The position numbers were made by a program, and so were the translations under genes. Under the pieces are notes generated by a model. That model was not told where the DNA came from. It saw only the letters and a list, made by a program, of their open reading frames with translations, and ran no database searches. A DNA stretch of 64,000 nt from IMG/VR virus record IMGVR_UViG_3300020596_000022; one strand, 5' to 3'. The DNA is from an uncultured virus (IMG/VR IMGVR_UViG_3300020596_000022) (Duplodnaviria; Heunggongvirae; Uroviricota; Caudoviricetes). Positions 36,372 through 45,807 of the stretch are shown here, in pieces (positions within the stretch are counted from its first letter, which is position 1; the number at the start of each line of letters is the position of its first letter).

Positions 36372-37730
36372 TCAAAAAACATTCCATTTTTCATTACTTT
36401 TTTTATCATCTCTGTTTTGCAGACCATCCCCGATTTTAAGACCACTATCAATAGACAATAAACCACCGCTAGAAGGAAATAAATGTCTAGCAGAACATTT
36501 TATAGTTTTACCTGACTTTGTTTTGATAAGATATGTTTTCTGTTTTTCTATTGGATACACACGCAAAACATTATTCCAACCAACATCAGATAACACACTA
36601 TCTCCCACTTTAATATCACCTAAAGGTAATGTACCTTTTTTAGTTATAATGCTACTATCTAATGTTAGACAGCGATTAGTTTGTGTAGCAGTCCAAATTG
36701 GAACATTAAACTCTACTGCCATACCTCTAAGTTCTTCTGCTATACTCTTTACATATGTGTATGAGTTTACCGTTTGATTATTACCTAGTCGGCTACTTGT
36801 TGCGATGTTCAGATAATCAACAAAGATTACATCAGGTCTAAAAGATTTCTTTAATGCAAGTTCATTTAACAATGCTCTAAAGTTTGTTGCGGATGCTGTG
36901 GCAGTAGGATATTCTTTGATGAAAAATCTACCAACTGTTTTACTTTTAATAGCAGCAATCTTTTTATCATAAAGATCTTTAGGTAATGATGCTAGATCCT
37001 GCATTGATACGTTCAATAGATTAGCATCAATACGTTCTGCTATTCTTTCTTGTGCCATTTCAAGTGTAATGTATAGAACATCTTTGCCCGACATTAAATA
37101 TGAGCCTGCCATATGGCACATTGCAAGTGATTTACCTACAGCAGTTCCAGCAAGAATAACATTTAAAGTCTTTCTTGGAACACCACCCCTAGTAATCTTA
37201 TTAAAATATGATAGGTCAAATGGAAACTTCTCTTCTGTTTTATGATAAGTTTCAAATCTTGCATCAGCATCATCAAGATAACTATGACCAACACTCGGAT
37301 CAAAGGATACAGCAAGTGCATCACTAAGTAGTTTAGGAATTATACCTTTCTCTTTCTTAGGGTCTTCTAATATATCAACTGTACTGTATACAGCATTTAC
37401 CAATGCTTTTTGTTGGCAAAACTTTTGTGATTCTTCTATTAAGAATTTAGGATCACTTTTCTCATCATTATTTAAATTAGAAACAATCTCTCTAATTTTA
37501 TCTTCTGTTGGTTGTGATAGTTTTGTATCATTAGATACCTGAATGATAATAGCTTCACGAGTAGGAAGATGATTGAAATTAGTTATAAAGGTTTTTATTT
37601 TTGTGACAAGCGTTCTTTCAGCTTCATCAGAAAAATATTCAGGCATTATAAAAGGAAGAACTTCTCTTGTATATGGTTCATTAAAGAATAAATTCTTTAT
37701 GATTAATATTTCAACTCTATCATTTATCAT
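36372..37730 (-). CDS. 41: gp41 replicative helicase N-terminal fragment with split-intein IntN
   Basis: LAGTAVGKS, LYITLEM, IKEYPT, FVDYLNI, AEELRG, ATQTNR|CL. Confidence 0.93.
   Translation of the reverse strand: MINDRVEILIIKNLFFNEPYTREVLPFIMPEYFSDEAERTLVTKIKTFITNFNHLPTREAIIIQVSNDTKLSQPTEDKIREIVSNLNNDEKSDPKFLIEESQKFCQQKALVNAVYSTVDILEDPKKEKGIIPKLLSDALAVSFDPSVGHSYLDDADARFETYHKTEEKFPFDLSYFNKITRGGVPRKTLNVILAGTAVGKSLAMCHMAGSYLMSGKDVLYITLEMAQERIAERIDANLLNVSMQDLASLPKDLYDKKIAAIKSKTVGRFFIKEYPTATASATNFRALLNELALKKSFRPDVIFVDYLNIATSSRLGNNQTVNSYTYVKSIAEELRGMAVEFNVPIWTATQTNRCLTLDSSIITKKGTLPLGDIKVGDSVLSDVGWNNVLRVYPIEKQKTYLIKTKSGKTIKCSARHLFPSSGGLLSIDSGLKIGDGLQNRDDKKSNEKWNVF
36375..36671 (-). mobile_element. 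split intein N-half (99 aa, gp41-1-like)
   Basis: TNR|CLTLDS...IKVGD.VLS..G.N.V..V.P...GK.I.CS..HLFP..G..S...GLK.G. Confidence 0.9.
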
Positions 37731-38073
37731 TAGACTCTAACTCCAAGACTAGCTTATCGCCTCGTTCTGAAACTTTATTGAGGTTGTCTTGTAGTATATC
37801 ATATAGTATTGAGCCAAGCAATATAGTAAATTCTTTTTCTTGATCATCTGATAACTCTTTACCTTTCAGGCCTTCTGGTACGTATAGAATATCTCGTTCA
37901 AAACTAAACATCAAATTACCATCTGGACTTTCTGGCTCTTTAATTCTAAATGCTCCATAACCATACATCACGCCAGCAAAGACTCCAGCTAGATCTGTTA
38001 GCTGAACAAACCATCTAGCCTTATCATTAGGATCATATTTGATTTTATATTTTTCTTTTATTTCAACTGTCAC
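37720..38073 (-). CDS. gp40-like protein (called from position between uvsX and 41)
   Basis: synteny; F.GV.Y.YG...L.F...IL..IL. Confidence 0.5.
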   Translation of the reverse strand: MTVEIKEKYKIKYDPNDKARWFVQLTDLAGVFAGVMYGYGAFRIKEPESPDGNLMFSFERDILYVPEGLKGKELSDDQEKEFTILLGSILYDILQDNLNKVSERGDKLVLELESNDK

Positions 38074-38200
38074 AAATTTCCTCTGCTATGATAGTAAGCA
38101 TTTCGGCCATAATCAATTCTTTCTTGTGCCATTCGTGTTGTGGCATTTCGTTAAGTTTATTTAATAATTTAACCAATTTAATTTTAGCTTGTTTATTCAT
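38063..38200 (-). CDS. 45-aa hypothetical protein (not in ORF track)
   Basis: MNKQAKIKLV...EEICDS; fills the gap and overlaps both neighbours. Confidence 0.45.
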   Translation of the reverse strand: MNKQAKIKLVKLLNKLNEMPQHEWHKKELIMAEMLTIIAEEICDS

Positions 38201-39257
38201 TAAGAAGAATCTCCTCTACAACGTCCTCTGTATCAATCGTAGTGCCAAACTTAAAGTCTCCTCCAACACAAACATCAATCTTCTTTAAGATCTCTTCAGT
38301 GAAATACTTTTCTGGATTCTTAAGAATAACTTTTTCAAACACTAATGTGCCATCTGGCAGTTTTACTTTGTTTACTACCTTTTCAAAGATCTTATGCTCT
38401 AATGCTACTTCAAGCAAACCATAGAAGCGATCTAGACCTCTATCAAACGATAGAAGAACCCTAGCTTCAATCTGCTCTCTAGTTAAGCGGGACTTCATAA
38501 CCTTACATCTAATGATAGCACCTGTTACAGTTCCATCAGCATCTTTCTCTTTAGCTTTGCCAAGTGTAATAATATTATTGGCGGCATACTTCAAACCACC
38601 ACCGCCAGCCATTTCTTTAGTTGGAAAGAATGAACCTACAGATTGATAAACGTGATTAGTTACCACCAGAGGAATCTTTGCTTTACTTAGCTTCAAAGTC
38701 AGAACACGAAAAGCGGCCCTTATTTCTTGGGTACGAGTCATATCTTTTACTTCCTTGCCACTCTCTGAATCTGCCATCTCTTTAGTTGTAGATAACATTC
38801 CGAGAGAATCTAATGCCATAAACAAGGGCCGCTTTTCCTTTTCTGGAGTCTTCAAATGCTTTTCAACTACTCGCACCGCCTGAGTTTTAAACTGTTGAAT
38901 AGTTTCAACTGGAACAATATAAACACGTTTGGTATCAATACCACGTTCGGACATTATTTCTTTTGTGATTGAACCTTCTGATTCAAATATGATTGCTACG
39001 GCTTTCGGATCTTCAAGAAAGTTTTTAAGTATTGCAAGCATGAAGAAAGTCTTACCTGTAGACTCTTCGCCAGCCAATGCAGATATCTTATTCGCTGGCA
39101 TACCTCTAAAGATGCTACCACTATAAAGAGCATTGAGAATGTAACTGCCGGTATCAAGAAAACCAACAACATCAGCAGAAGTACCGTCATCGGCAATACC
39201 AGCATATTCATTTTCTAATAGCTTATCAAGCTCTCCAAAAAAATTATCTTTCGCCAT
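38193..39257 (-). CDS. uvsX: UvsX RecA-like recombinase
   Basis: DTGSY.LN, AGEESTGKT, LDSLG.L, DMTR, TNH.Y, GG.G..Y. Confidence 0.95.
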   Translation of the reverse strand: MAKDNFFGELDKLLENEYAGIADDGTSADVVGFLDTGSYILNALYSGSIFRGMPANKISALAGEESTGKTFFMLAILKNFLEDPKAVAIIFESEGSITKEIMSERGIDTKRVYIVPVETIQQFKTQAVRVVEKHLKTPEKEKRPLFMALDSLGMLSTTKEMADSESGKEVKDMTRTQEIRAAFRVLTLKLSKAKIPLVVTNHVYQSVGSFFPTKEMAGGGGLKYAANNIITLGKAKEKDADGTVTGAIIRCKVMKSRLTREQIEARVLLSFDRGLDRFYGLLEVALEHKIFEKVVNKVKLPDGTLVFEKVILKNPEKYFTEEILKKIDVCVGGDFKFGTTIDTEDVVEEILLNE

Positions 39258-39258
39258 A

Positions 39259-40368
39259 TTAATCTCCAAATATATCTTCTAAAGTTGAAACCTTCTTTGT
39301 CGTCCATTTAATAGAATTAAGAATGATCTTCAACGGATCAAGAAAACTCTTTTCAAACTGTACATCATAATCAACATACTTATGTAAGTTTAATTCTTTT
39401 GGTAGACCTTCTTCTGCCATAGTTATAACGTGACTGTGAACAACATTCGGTTGTTTCAGATATATGAATTTTACCTTATCTCCCTCTTGGATGCAAGGGT
39501 ATTTTTTGTTTAGTTTGTTTTTCTTTATTAGTTCATTATAAAGCAAAGCACCTCTGGCGTGGATGGACATTGTAGTCTTACTTCCGAAAGTTTCTTTCTC
39601 ATCAAACGTATTCAAGCCACGAGGGAACGCAACCTCTTCAGGTGGAAGGTTTTTGAAGTCTTTCTTAAATTCTGCGATGTACTTGTGAAGATCTACTTGT
39701 CTCTGAGTCATCACTATTTCAATTGCTTTCTTAATATGATTTCTACATACCTCTGGAGTGGACGATCTGATTGCTGATATACCCATAACTTTTAGTTTTG
39801 GTTTATCATATCTAACACCCTCACTATCCCAAACATTTAAGATGTAATTTTTCTTTGCTGTCCAAATACCTTTGTCTGCAATGCTCTCGCGCTTCATTAC
39901 CATCTTCTGTGAGAACGCATTGAGATAAGTCTTTAAACTCTCACACGACTTGTCTATGACCTTCTGTAGCTTGTCTTCAGCTACCTTGTCTAATAGGTCT
40001 ACGACCTTGCTACGGTCTTCTGGGAGCTTACCACCATAAGCAGCATTAACCAACCCATCTAAGCGAATATAGAGCGAATCTGTGTCACTAGCAACGATAT
40101 AATCAACCTTGGATGTCTTTAACAGGGTATTAAGATACGCATTGATATCATTAGCTAGCCACTGAATGACTAATTGTCCAGATAAAGTTACCGCTTCTGC
40201 CAAACGAACATCATAGAATCTAAAATATTGATTACCCATAGCACCATAAGCAGAATTCAATTGAACCTTTTTTGTGGTCTGATAATTATTATACTTGGAG
40301 ATATCAAATGAAAGACGCCGAGCTTCGTTCTTTAACTCGGCGTCTGAAAGTTTACTTAAATCATTCAT
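39259..40368 (-). CDS. 43: DNA polymerase gp43 C-terminal subunit (gp43B)
   Basis: K..LNS.YGA.GN, A.DTDS.Y, AKK.Y, K.MG....SSTP, C-terminal PIP-like TLEDIF. Confidence 0.93.
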   Translation of the reverse strand: MNDLSKLSDAELKNEARRLSFDISKYNNYQTTKKVQLNSAYGAMGNQYFRFYDVRLAEAVTLSGQLVIQWLANDINAYLNTLLKTSKVDYIVASDTDSLYIRLDGLVNAAYGGKLPEDRSKVVDLLDKVAEDKLQKVIDKSCESLKTYLNAFSQKMVMKRESIADKGIWTAKKNYILNVWDSEGVRYDKPKLKVMGISAIRSSTPEVCRNHIKKAIEIVMTQRQVDLHKYIAEFKKDFKNLPPEEVAFPRGLNTFDEKETFGSKTTMSIHARGALLYNELIKKNKLNKKYPCIQEGDKVKFIYLKQPNVVHSHVITMAEEGLPKELNLHKYVDYDVQFEKSFLDPLKIILNSIKWTTKKVSTLEDIFGD

Positions 40369-40369
40369 A

Positions 40370-41260
40370 TTATTCTAATATACTATCTTTTTTAATTTTA
40401 ACATCATAATTAGTAGCAACAAAATGTATATTAGCACTATCCTCTTTACTAACTCTGTCTTTATATTTTATACTATAATTATGACCATATTTTTCTTTAA
40501 TATGATTTTCATATAGTTTACCAGTAAAATCATCATAATTCAATATAATTAATACTTTTGATGATGTATTAGCAAACCAATCATATAATTCAATATGTTG
40601 TTCTTTTCCAAAAGCAGAACCAGCTCCAAAATTATAATCTTTAAATGTTGTTGTGTATGGTGGATCTAAAAATATAAAATCTTCTGAAGAAGAATTTTGA
40701 ACTGATTTCTTCCAATCTCCGCATAATATTTCTGTGTTGTTTAATATATTTTTTATCAATTTTTCTTCTTGATTAATACCATGCATTTTTTTATACCAAC
40801 CAAAAGGAACATTAAACTGTCCTTTACTATTATATCTAATCATTCCTGAAAAGGATAATTGTCGTATAAAATAAAAACCAAGTGCGGCATCAAAATCATT
40901 CTTGGCTGGAATATCTCTATAATTATAATAAAATTTATCACCTAAAGTTTGGAATTCAGTTTTTGTTAAAAGTTTTTTATCATAAGAATTATATTCATCA
41001 ACCAAAAAATTAATAGAAGTTATAAGTTTATTAGTGTCGGATTTTAATATTCTATAAAAATTAGCTACTTCAGGATTAAAATCATTAATAATATTAATAT
41101 CATGATTAATTGCTAACCAGGCTGCGCCGCCTCCAACGAAGGGTTCAATATATCTTCTAATGTTGTATTCCTTCGGATAATAATTCCTGATCTTGGGCAA
41201 CTCTTTTGATTTGCCGCCTGACCATTTAAAAAATGGGCGTAATCTTCGTTTTTTTTCCAT
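40370..41260 (-). CDS. D12-class DNA adenine methyltransferase
   Basis: KWSGGK, YIEPFVGGG, RYN.KG.FNVPFG, FLDPPY. Confidence 0.9.
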   Translation of the reverse strand: MEKKRRLRPFFKWSGGKSKELPKIRNYYPKEYNIRRYIEPFVGGGAAWLAINHDINIINDFNPEVANFYRILKSDTNKLITSINFLVDEYNSYDKKLLTKTEFQTLGDKFYYNYRDIPAKNDFDAALGFYFIRQLSFSGMIRYNSKGQFNVPFGWYKKMHGINQEEKLIKNILNNTEILCGDWKKSVQNSSSEDFIFLDPPYTTTFKDYNFGAGSAFGKEQHIELYDWFANTSSKVLIILNYDDFTGKLYENHIKEKYGHNYSIKYKDRVSKEDSANIHFVATNYDVKIKKDSILE

Positions 41261-41835
41261 TGACTATCTCCGTTTTGAAACTGCTGAAATTTATATTCTA
41301 TCCAATTTTCTGAACTCAATCTTATAAAATTATAATCTAATTCTAACATATCACAAAACTTTTTCCCTGATATAGTAAAATCCTTTAATTTTGCCCGAAT
41401 ATCTTTTAATTGGTTCTCATCAAAACATACAATTAAAGATCTAACTAAAAAATCATCATAAACAAAATGCTCTTTAATATATTCATTCCATGTTTCTATG
41501 CCCAAAATAATATTTTGAGTTTTTCCCTTATCAAATTTGGAGCCATTTTTTAATTCTACCAACAACAATTCATTATTTTTCCAAATAACTAAATCTGCTT
41601 TAGATGATTTGTTTGCTGAGTATGGATCTATAATAACTTGAGTGAAAAATCTAGATTCTTCTGGATCAGTTCTAATTAATTTTTTTATACTTTGAATATT
41701 TTTTAGACTATTATATTTTATATTTTTATTATATACTTTAATTACATCAGTAAAAATATCTTGAAGAATGTTGCCGCCTCTACTTTGAAGAGAGGCTATT
41801 GCAGTTTGCATTTCTTTAAATGTTATTTTAGACAT
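41113..41835 (-). CDS. putative PD-(D/E)XK endonuclease (restriction-enzyme-like)
   Basis: ADL.I......VELK motif; directly upstream of and overlapping the MTase; very AT-rich. Confidence 0.5.
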   Translation of the reverse strand: MSKITFKEMQTAIASLQSRGGNILQDIFTDVIKVYNKNIKYNSLKNIQSIKKLIRTDPEESRFFTQVIIDPYSANKSSKADLVIWKNNELLLVELKNGSKFDKGKTQNIILGIETWNEYIKEHFVYDDFLVRSLIVCFDENQLKDIRAKLKDFTISGKKFCDMLELDYNFIRLSSENWIEYKFQQFQNGDSQWKKNEDYAHFLNGQAANQKSCPRSGIIIRRNTTLEDILNPSLEAAQPG

Positions 41836-41853
41836 AATTATATTATATCACAA

Positions 41854-42432
41854 TTAACTTTCTTTGTCTTCTACTAAATGTTGGTCTGCTAGATTATAAT
41901 CCAAGACTTGCTGTAGACTGGCAATCTTATTAGCTACCTGATCCAAAGATATAGGTCTGAAGTCCCAGCAGTCAACTCCAACATCAAAAGACAATCCGTG
42001 TGGACTCATATTACCATGAGAGTGTCCCCAAAGATGCCAAGAACCATGATTAGACTTGAACCAAGATCTATGAGCATAGTGAGATAGAAAGATTGTAACC
42101 TTACGATCATTATATCTAGGATAGATTATACTCACATCTTTAATAGAAGCAAACCTACCACCAATAACATCAAGTGTAGATGGTTTATCGTGATTACCTT
42201 TAAGAAAGTGAATACGTCCGTGAAGTTTGCCAGCAATCTTTCTCAGTTCTTCTAGAGTACCAAAACCAAAATCACCAAGATGATACACCGTATCTTTTGG
42301 AGATACTTCGTGGTTCCAGTTTTCAATTAAAACTCTATCGTGTTCTTCTTTAGTTTCAAATGGACGACCACAATAACGAATAATGTTTGCGTGTCCAAAG
42401 TGAGTATCGGCAGTGAAAAATGTTTTGCTCAT
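41854..42432 (-). CDS. calcineurin-like metallophosphoesterase
   Basis: DTHFGH.N, HLGD, GNHD, HY, GHSH, DVGVD. Confidence 0.9.
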   Translation of the reverse strand: MSKTFFTADTHFGHANIIRYCGRPFETKEEHDRVLIENWNHEVSPKDTVYHLGDFGFGTLEELRKIAGKLHGRIHFLKGNHDKPSTLDVIGGRFASIKDVSIIYPRYNDRKVTIFLSHYAHRSWFKSNHGSWHLWGHSHGNMSPHGLSFDVGVDCWDFRPISLDQVANKIASLQQVLDYNLADQHLVEDKES

Positions 42433-42489
42433 ATTTTATTATACCACAGTTTAGAGTATTATGTCAACACCCAATTGGATAGGTTTGGA

Positions 42490-45021
42490 TTATATTCCAC
42501 GTCTACGCATTTCTTCTTTAACTAGCTCAAGATCTTTTTGAGCTTCAATCATTTTCTTCTTATACATCTTTCTATCTTCATACATACGCATCAATATATC
42601 TGGAAGAAAACCTTGCTTCTCTTTTAGAAAAGCATATCCGTTTGCTGCCATTGTTATGTTCTTATCTTTTAAATGTGATAGATCAAGTTTCTTATCCAGC
42701 AGTGGAGATATATCATACTTGATACCCTCTTCAGTAGACTTCTTTCTAAAAGTTTCTGTGTCTACCTGTTCTTGGATTAACATCTCAGGTGAAATATTAA
42801 ACTGTGCAATTAGGTTAGGATATAGAGAGTTAAGATCGAATGATAAAACCCAATCATACATCCCAGGAGTAATCTCTTTAACATAGCCTCCAGCGTACTG
42901 TTCATCTTTTGCTGTCTCTTTAACCTGTGGTAATACTAAGTCTTTCTTTTTAACGTAATCAAAGATGATAGCATCCCACATTCTTGTTTGTGTGAACACA
43001 TCAGAAAAGTTTACCTTAGCATCAAATGCCATTGCAAAACTCATGTTGATCAACTGGAGCTTCTGTTCAAGCTTATCAACTAGATCAACGTCTTTGATGT
43101 TATACTCAATAAACTTTTGATAGTCATGCTTATATAGTTCGTGCAAACTACCAAATTCAGTATAAGAAATCTTTTTCTCACCTAGCTCGGCATATGCAAC
43201 GTAATTTAATTTCTCACTCTCTTGTCTAGCACCAAACTTTCTATACAATTCAATATAGTCTAATGTACTGATACCAACTATCTCTACAACTTGATGTTGT
43301 TTACCTTTATAGTTAGATGACCTAGTGGACAAAAATCCCCAAGGAGAAAGCCTTTTTGCTTCTTTGTCACTAAACACTCTGGATATTCTGTTAACAATAT
43401 AAGGTATATCGTAAAAGGTGCAATTGTGAGTTTTAACGCCACTTACAATAAATTCGTGCGTTGATGTTTCTATATCCATCATTTCGGTATATTCAGAAGT
43501 TTCTACAACTGATTTAACTTTAACCAAATAACAATCATCGTTTTCTAATATTTTGGCAATTTTATTTGGAGCGGATTTTGCTCTAAAAAAATTCATGTCG
43601 GCGGAAAGCAATCGAGATTTTTTTATTGGATGTGACAGTTTTAAATTGACTTCACACCTTTTAGAAATATAAAGTCTATTTGCTGTAAATCCACTAGATA
43701 TAATTCCATTCCATAACAACAATTCATTTAAGTTTGATATTTGATCATTATAATTACAAAAACTAATTTTACCATTTTTACCAACGGAACCGTCGCCGTC
43801 TATTAAACCCGATAAAAAATACTCAAATTCTTCTTTGGATAGTTTTGACAATTCTTCAACATTTAATTCTTTTTTGTCATCGTTATAAATTAAATGAATA
43901 TACTGGCTAAGAATGTGGTCATCTCTTAGCCACATTCTAACTCTTTTACACGGTCTATGACTGAGTGATATTCCGCTTTTGCTTGCATGGTTAGCGATTT
44001 TATGTTTTTGTGTAAATAATGCAACGCGATTTATAATTTCATCTTTAGTGTTGTAAATTGCGGCGGCCTTACCCTGTTTAGTGCCGTCGGTAAATAGCAT
44101 CCCTAAAACATAAAACAAATCTAAATCTTCTACTGTTGTTTGGTTTATATTTTTATGTTTTGGAATAACCAGGAATGATTCTTTGTCAATATTTTTAGAT
44201 TCTGTCCAAATTCCGGCTTTTAACATTTGAGTGATATTCTGATATGGAACTTTCGGTTTACAAGTAAAAAATTTATGTTCACCTGAAGAGGATATTTTTT
44301 GACCAGTGGCTAAATTTATCTCCCAAATTCTTTTGGTGCTTTTTGGATATAAATTTGTAACATTATTATCAATATTTAAAATTTCTTTATTATAAAGATT
44401 TTTAAGTTTTTTAATTGAGTTATTAGTGTAAACAAAACTATTGAGCGGCAGACAATTCCAACCAGTAACTACATCTGGAGCAAGAGTTTCCCAGAACTCA
44501 ATAAACTTTCTGAGCATCTCAGGTTCATTGCGTGACTTGATATACTTAACATCTTCTCTATCTGTTTCAAAGATACCACAACCAAAAACATAAAACCTTC
44601 CGTGAGCTTTGATTGTGATTGCAGTAATCTCTTCTGTTGGATTTTCTACAGGAGCAAAACCGTTTTCTGAAGCGACCTCAATATCTATATTTGCGACAAC
44701 GATCTTAGTTGGATCAAACTCAACTACATTAGGAAATCTATCCGAAAGATAAACATATACCCAACGAGTATTACCAAAGAACTTAAATCCATCAACATCA
44801 GAATATTGTTTTACAAAATCTCTTGCTTCTTTGATATCACCGAATTCAATCTTATCACAAGCTTGACCATCAAGCGTTTTATATTTTGATGGTTTATTTG
44901 TTGGAAGAAACAGTTTAGGTTTAAACTGCACTCGCTCTTTTATTCTTTCACCGTTCTCTATACCACGATAAAGAATAGTGTTTCCAATGACGGAACAATT
45001 TGTGTAGAATTTTTCACTCAT
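42490..45021 (-). CDS. 43: DNA polymerase gp43 N-terminal subunit (gp43A), intein-containing
   Basis: DIEV (ExoI), GWN|..YD (ExoII), YNI.DV (ExoIII), SFDLNSLYP (region A); ends in the fingers domain. Confidence 0.93.
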   Translation of the reverse strand: MSEKFYTNCSVIGNTILYRGIENGERIKERVQFKPKLFLPTNKPSKYKTLDGQACDKIEFGDIKEARDFVKQYSDVDGFKFFGNTRWVYVYLSDRFPNVVEFDPTKIVVANIDIEVASENGFAPVENPTEEITAITIKAHGRFYVFGCGIFETDREDVKYIKSRNEPEMLRKFIEFWETLAPDVVTGWNCLPLNSFVYTNNSIKKLKNLYNKEILNIDNNVTNLYPKSTKRIWEINLATGQKISSSGEHKFFTCKPKVPYQNITQMLKAGIWTESKNIDKESFLVIPKHKNINQTTVEDLDLFYVLGMLFTDGTKQGKAAAIYNTKDEIINRVALFTQKHKIANHASKSGISLSHRPCKRVRMWLRDDHILSQYIHLIYNDDKKELNVEELSKLSKEEFEYFLSGLIDGDGSVGKNGKISFCNYNDQISNLNELLLWNGIISSGFTANRLYISKRCEVNLKLSHPIKKSRLLSADMNFFRAKSAPNKIAKILENDDCYLVKVKSVVETSEYTEMMDIETSTHEFIVSGVKTHNCTFYDIPYIVNRISRVFSDKEAKRLSPWGFLSTRSSNYKGKQHQVVEIVGISTLDYIELYRKFGARQESEKLNYVAYAELGEKKISYTEFGSLHELYKHDYQKFIEYNIKDVDLVDKLEQKLQLINMSFAMAFDAKVNFSDVFTQTRMWDAIIFDYVKKKDLVLPQVKETAKDEQYAGGYVKEITPGMYDWVLSFDLNSLYPNLIAQFNISPEMLIQEQVDTETFRKKSTEEGIKYDISPLLDKKLDLSHLKDKNITMAANGYAFLKEKQGFLPDILMRMYEDRKMYKKKMIEAQKDLELVKEEMRRRGI
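43423..44454 (-). mobile_element. cis intein with LAGLIDADG endonuclease (344 aa, +1 Cys) in ExoII
   Basis: GWN|CLP...SGEHKF...LGMLFTDG...LSGLIDGDG...DIETSTHEF...THN|CTFYD. Confidence 0.92.
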
Positions 45022-45065
45022 AATAACATCATACCATAAAAAGAGTTTAGCGTCAACTCAGATTT

Positions 45066-45356
45066 TTATGATAGTGCTACTAATCCTGATCCAAATAGTT
45101 TAGAAAACTTGTTTCTGATATCTAATATAGGAGTGTAATGAAAAGTTATGGCAGTCTTAGCTAATGGAATTTCTTTTTCTTCTGCTAATGTTAGTAGAGG
45201 TGCCATATGCACATCAATTTGTCCCGTCTTAGGATTCGGGCCTGCGGCAATCTGTGTTGGATGTTTGACCAACACATGAGTATCTGAATAGTTCAGATCT
45301 ATATCACCTAAAATCTGTTCACCACTTGCTAATCTAATAATTAATATATCACTCAT
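45066..45356 (-). CDS. Sm-like small protein
   Basis: I.RL.SGE.I.G...Y/F...FGSG.V, typical gp43 neighbour. Confidence 0.65.
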   Translation of the reverse strand: MSDILIIRLASGEQILGDIDLNYSDTHVLVKHPTQIAAGPNPKTGQIDVHMAPLLTLAEEKEIPLAKTAITFHYTPILDIRNKFSKLFGSGLVALS

Positions 45357-45357
45357 T

Positions 45358-45807
45358 TTAATTTTCCTTCACAAATAAATCGCGTTCTCTTTCTCTTCGT
45401 CTGGTTAAACCATTCAGAACTTTTCCTTTCTGTTTATTCCACCGAACAAATTGATCTTTAGCTTCTTTCATTCTATTACCATTAAGCATTTTTAATAGTG
45501 TAGAAGAAGCAAAATTGGCTTCACCAATATTATACACCAATGATACCAATGCATCAAACTGATTCTGTGTTAATGGAACAGCAACTTTTTTATTTACTGC
45601 GGCAACAAAAGTAGCAACATCTAAATCAAACTGGGCTTGTGCTTGTTCTTGTGTAATAGTTTCTTTAAGAATAACTTTACAGCCAAAGATATGAGTAGAA
45701 CCCCAACCAATAGTAGGAACATCATTAGGTGTTGGAAGATAACCAACAAGTTTTAATTGTTCAAACTCTTTAATTAAGTCTGATCCTGCTTTGCCTAAAG
45801 TTTTCAT
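45358..45807 (-). CDS. GH24 lysozyme (endolysin)
   Basis: IK.FE...Y....D..TIG.G.T, QNQFDALVS..YN.G, GL..RR..E. Confidence 0.93.
   Translation of the reverse strand: MKTLGKAGSDLIKEFEQLKLVGYLPTPNDVPTIGWGSTHIFGCKVILKETITQEQAQAQFDLDVATFVAAVNKKVAVPLTQNQFDALVSLVYNIGEANFASSTLLKMLNGNRMKEAKDQFVRWNKQKGKVLNGLTRRRERERDLFVKEN

Noticed and set aside
40369..42489. Group I intron or split intein joining gp43A and gp43B
   Set aside because: The gap is filled by three complete genes, and there are no intein blocks at the gp43A end or gp43B start
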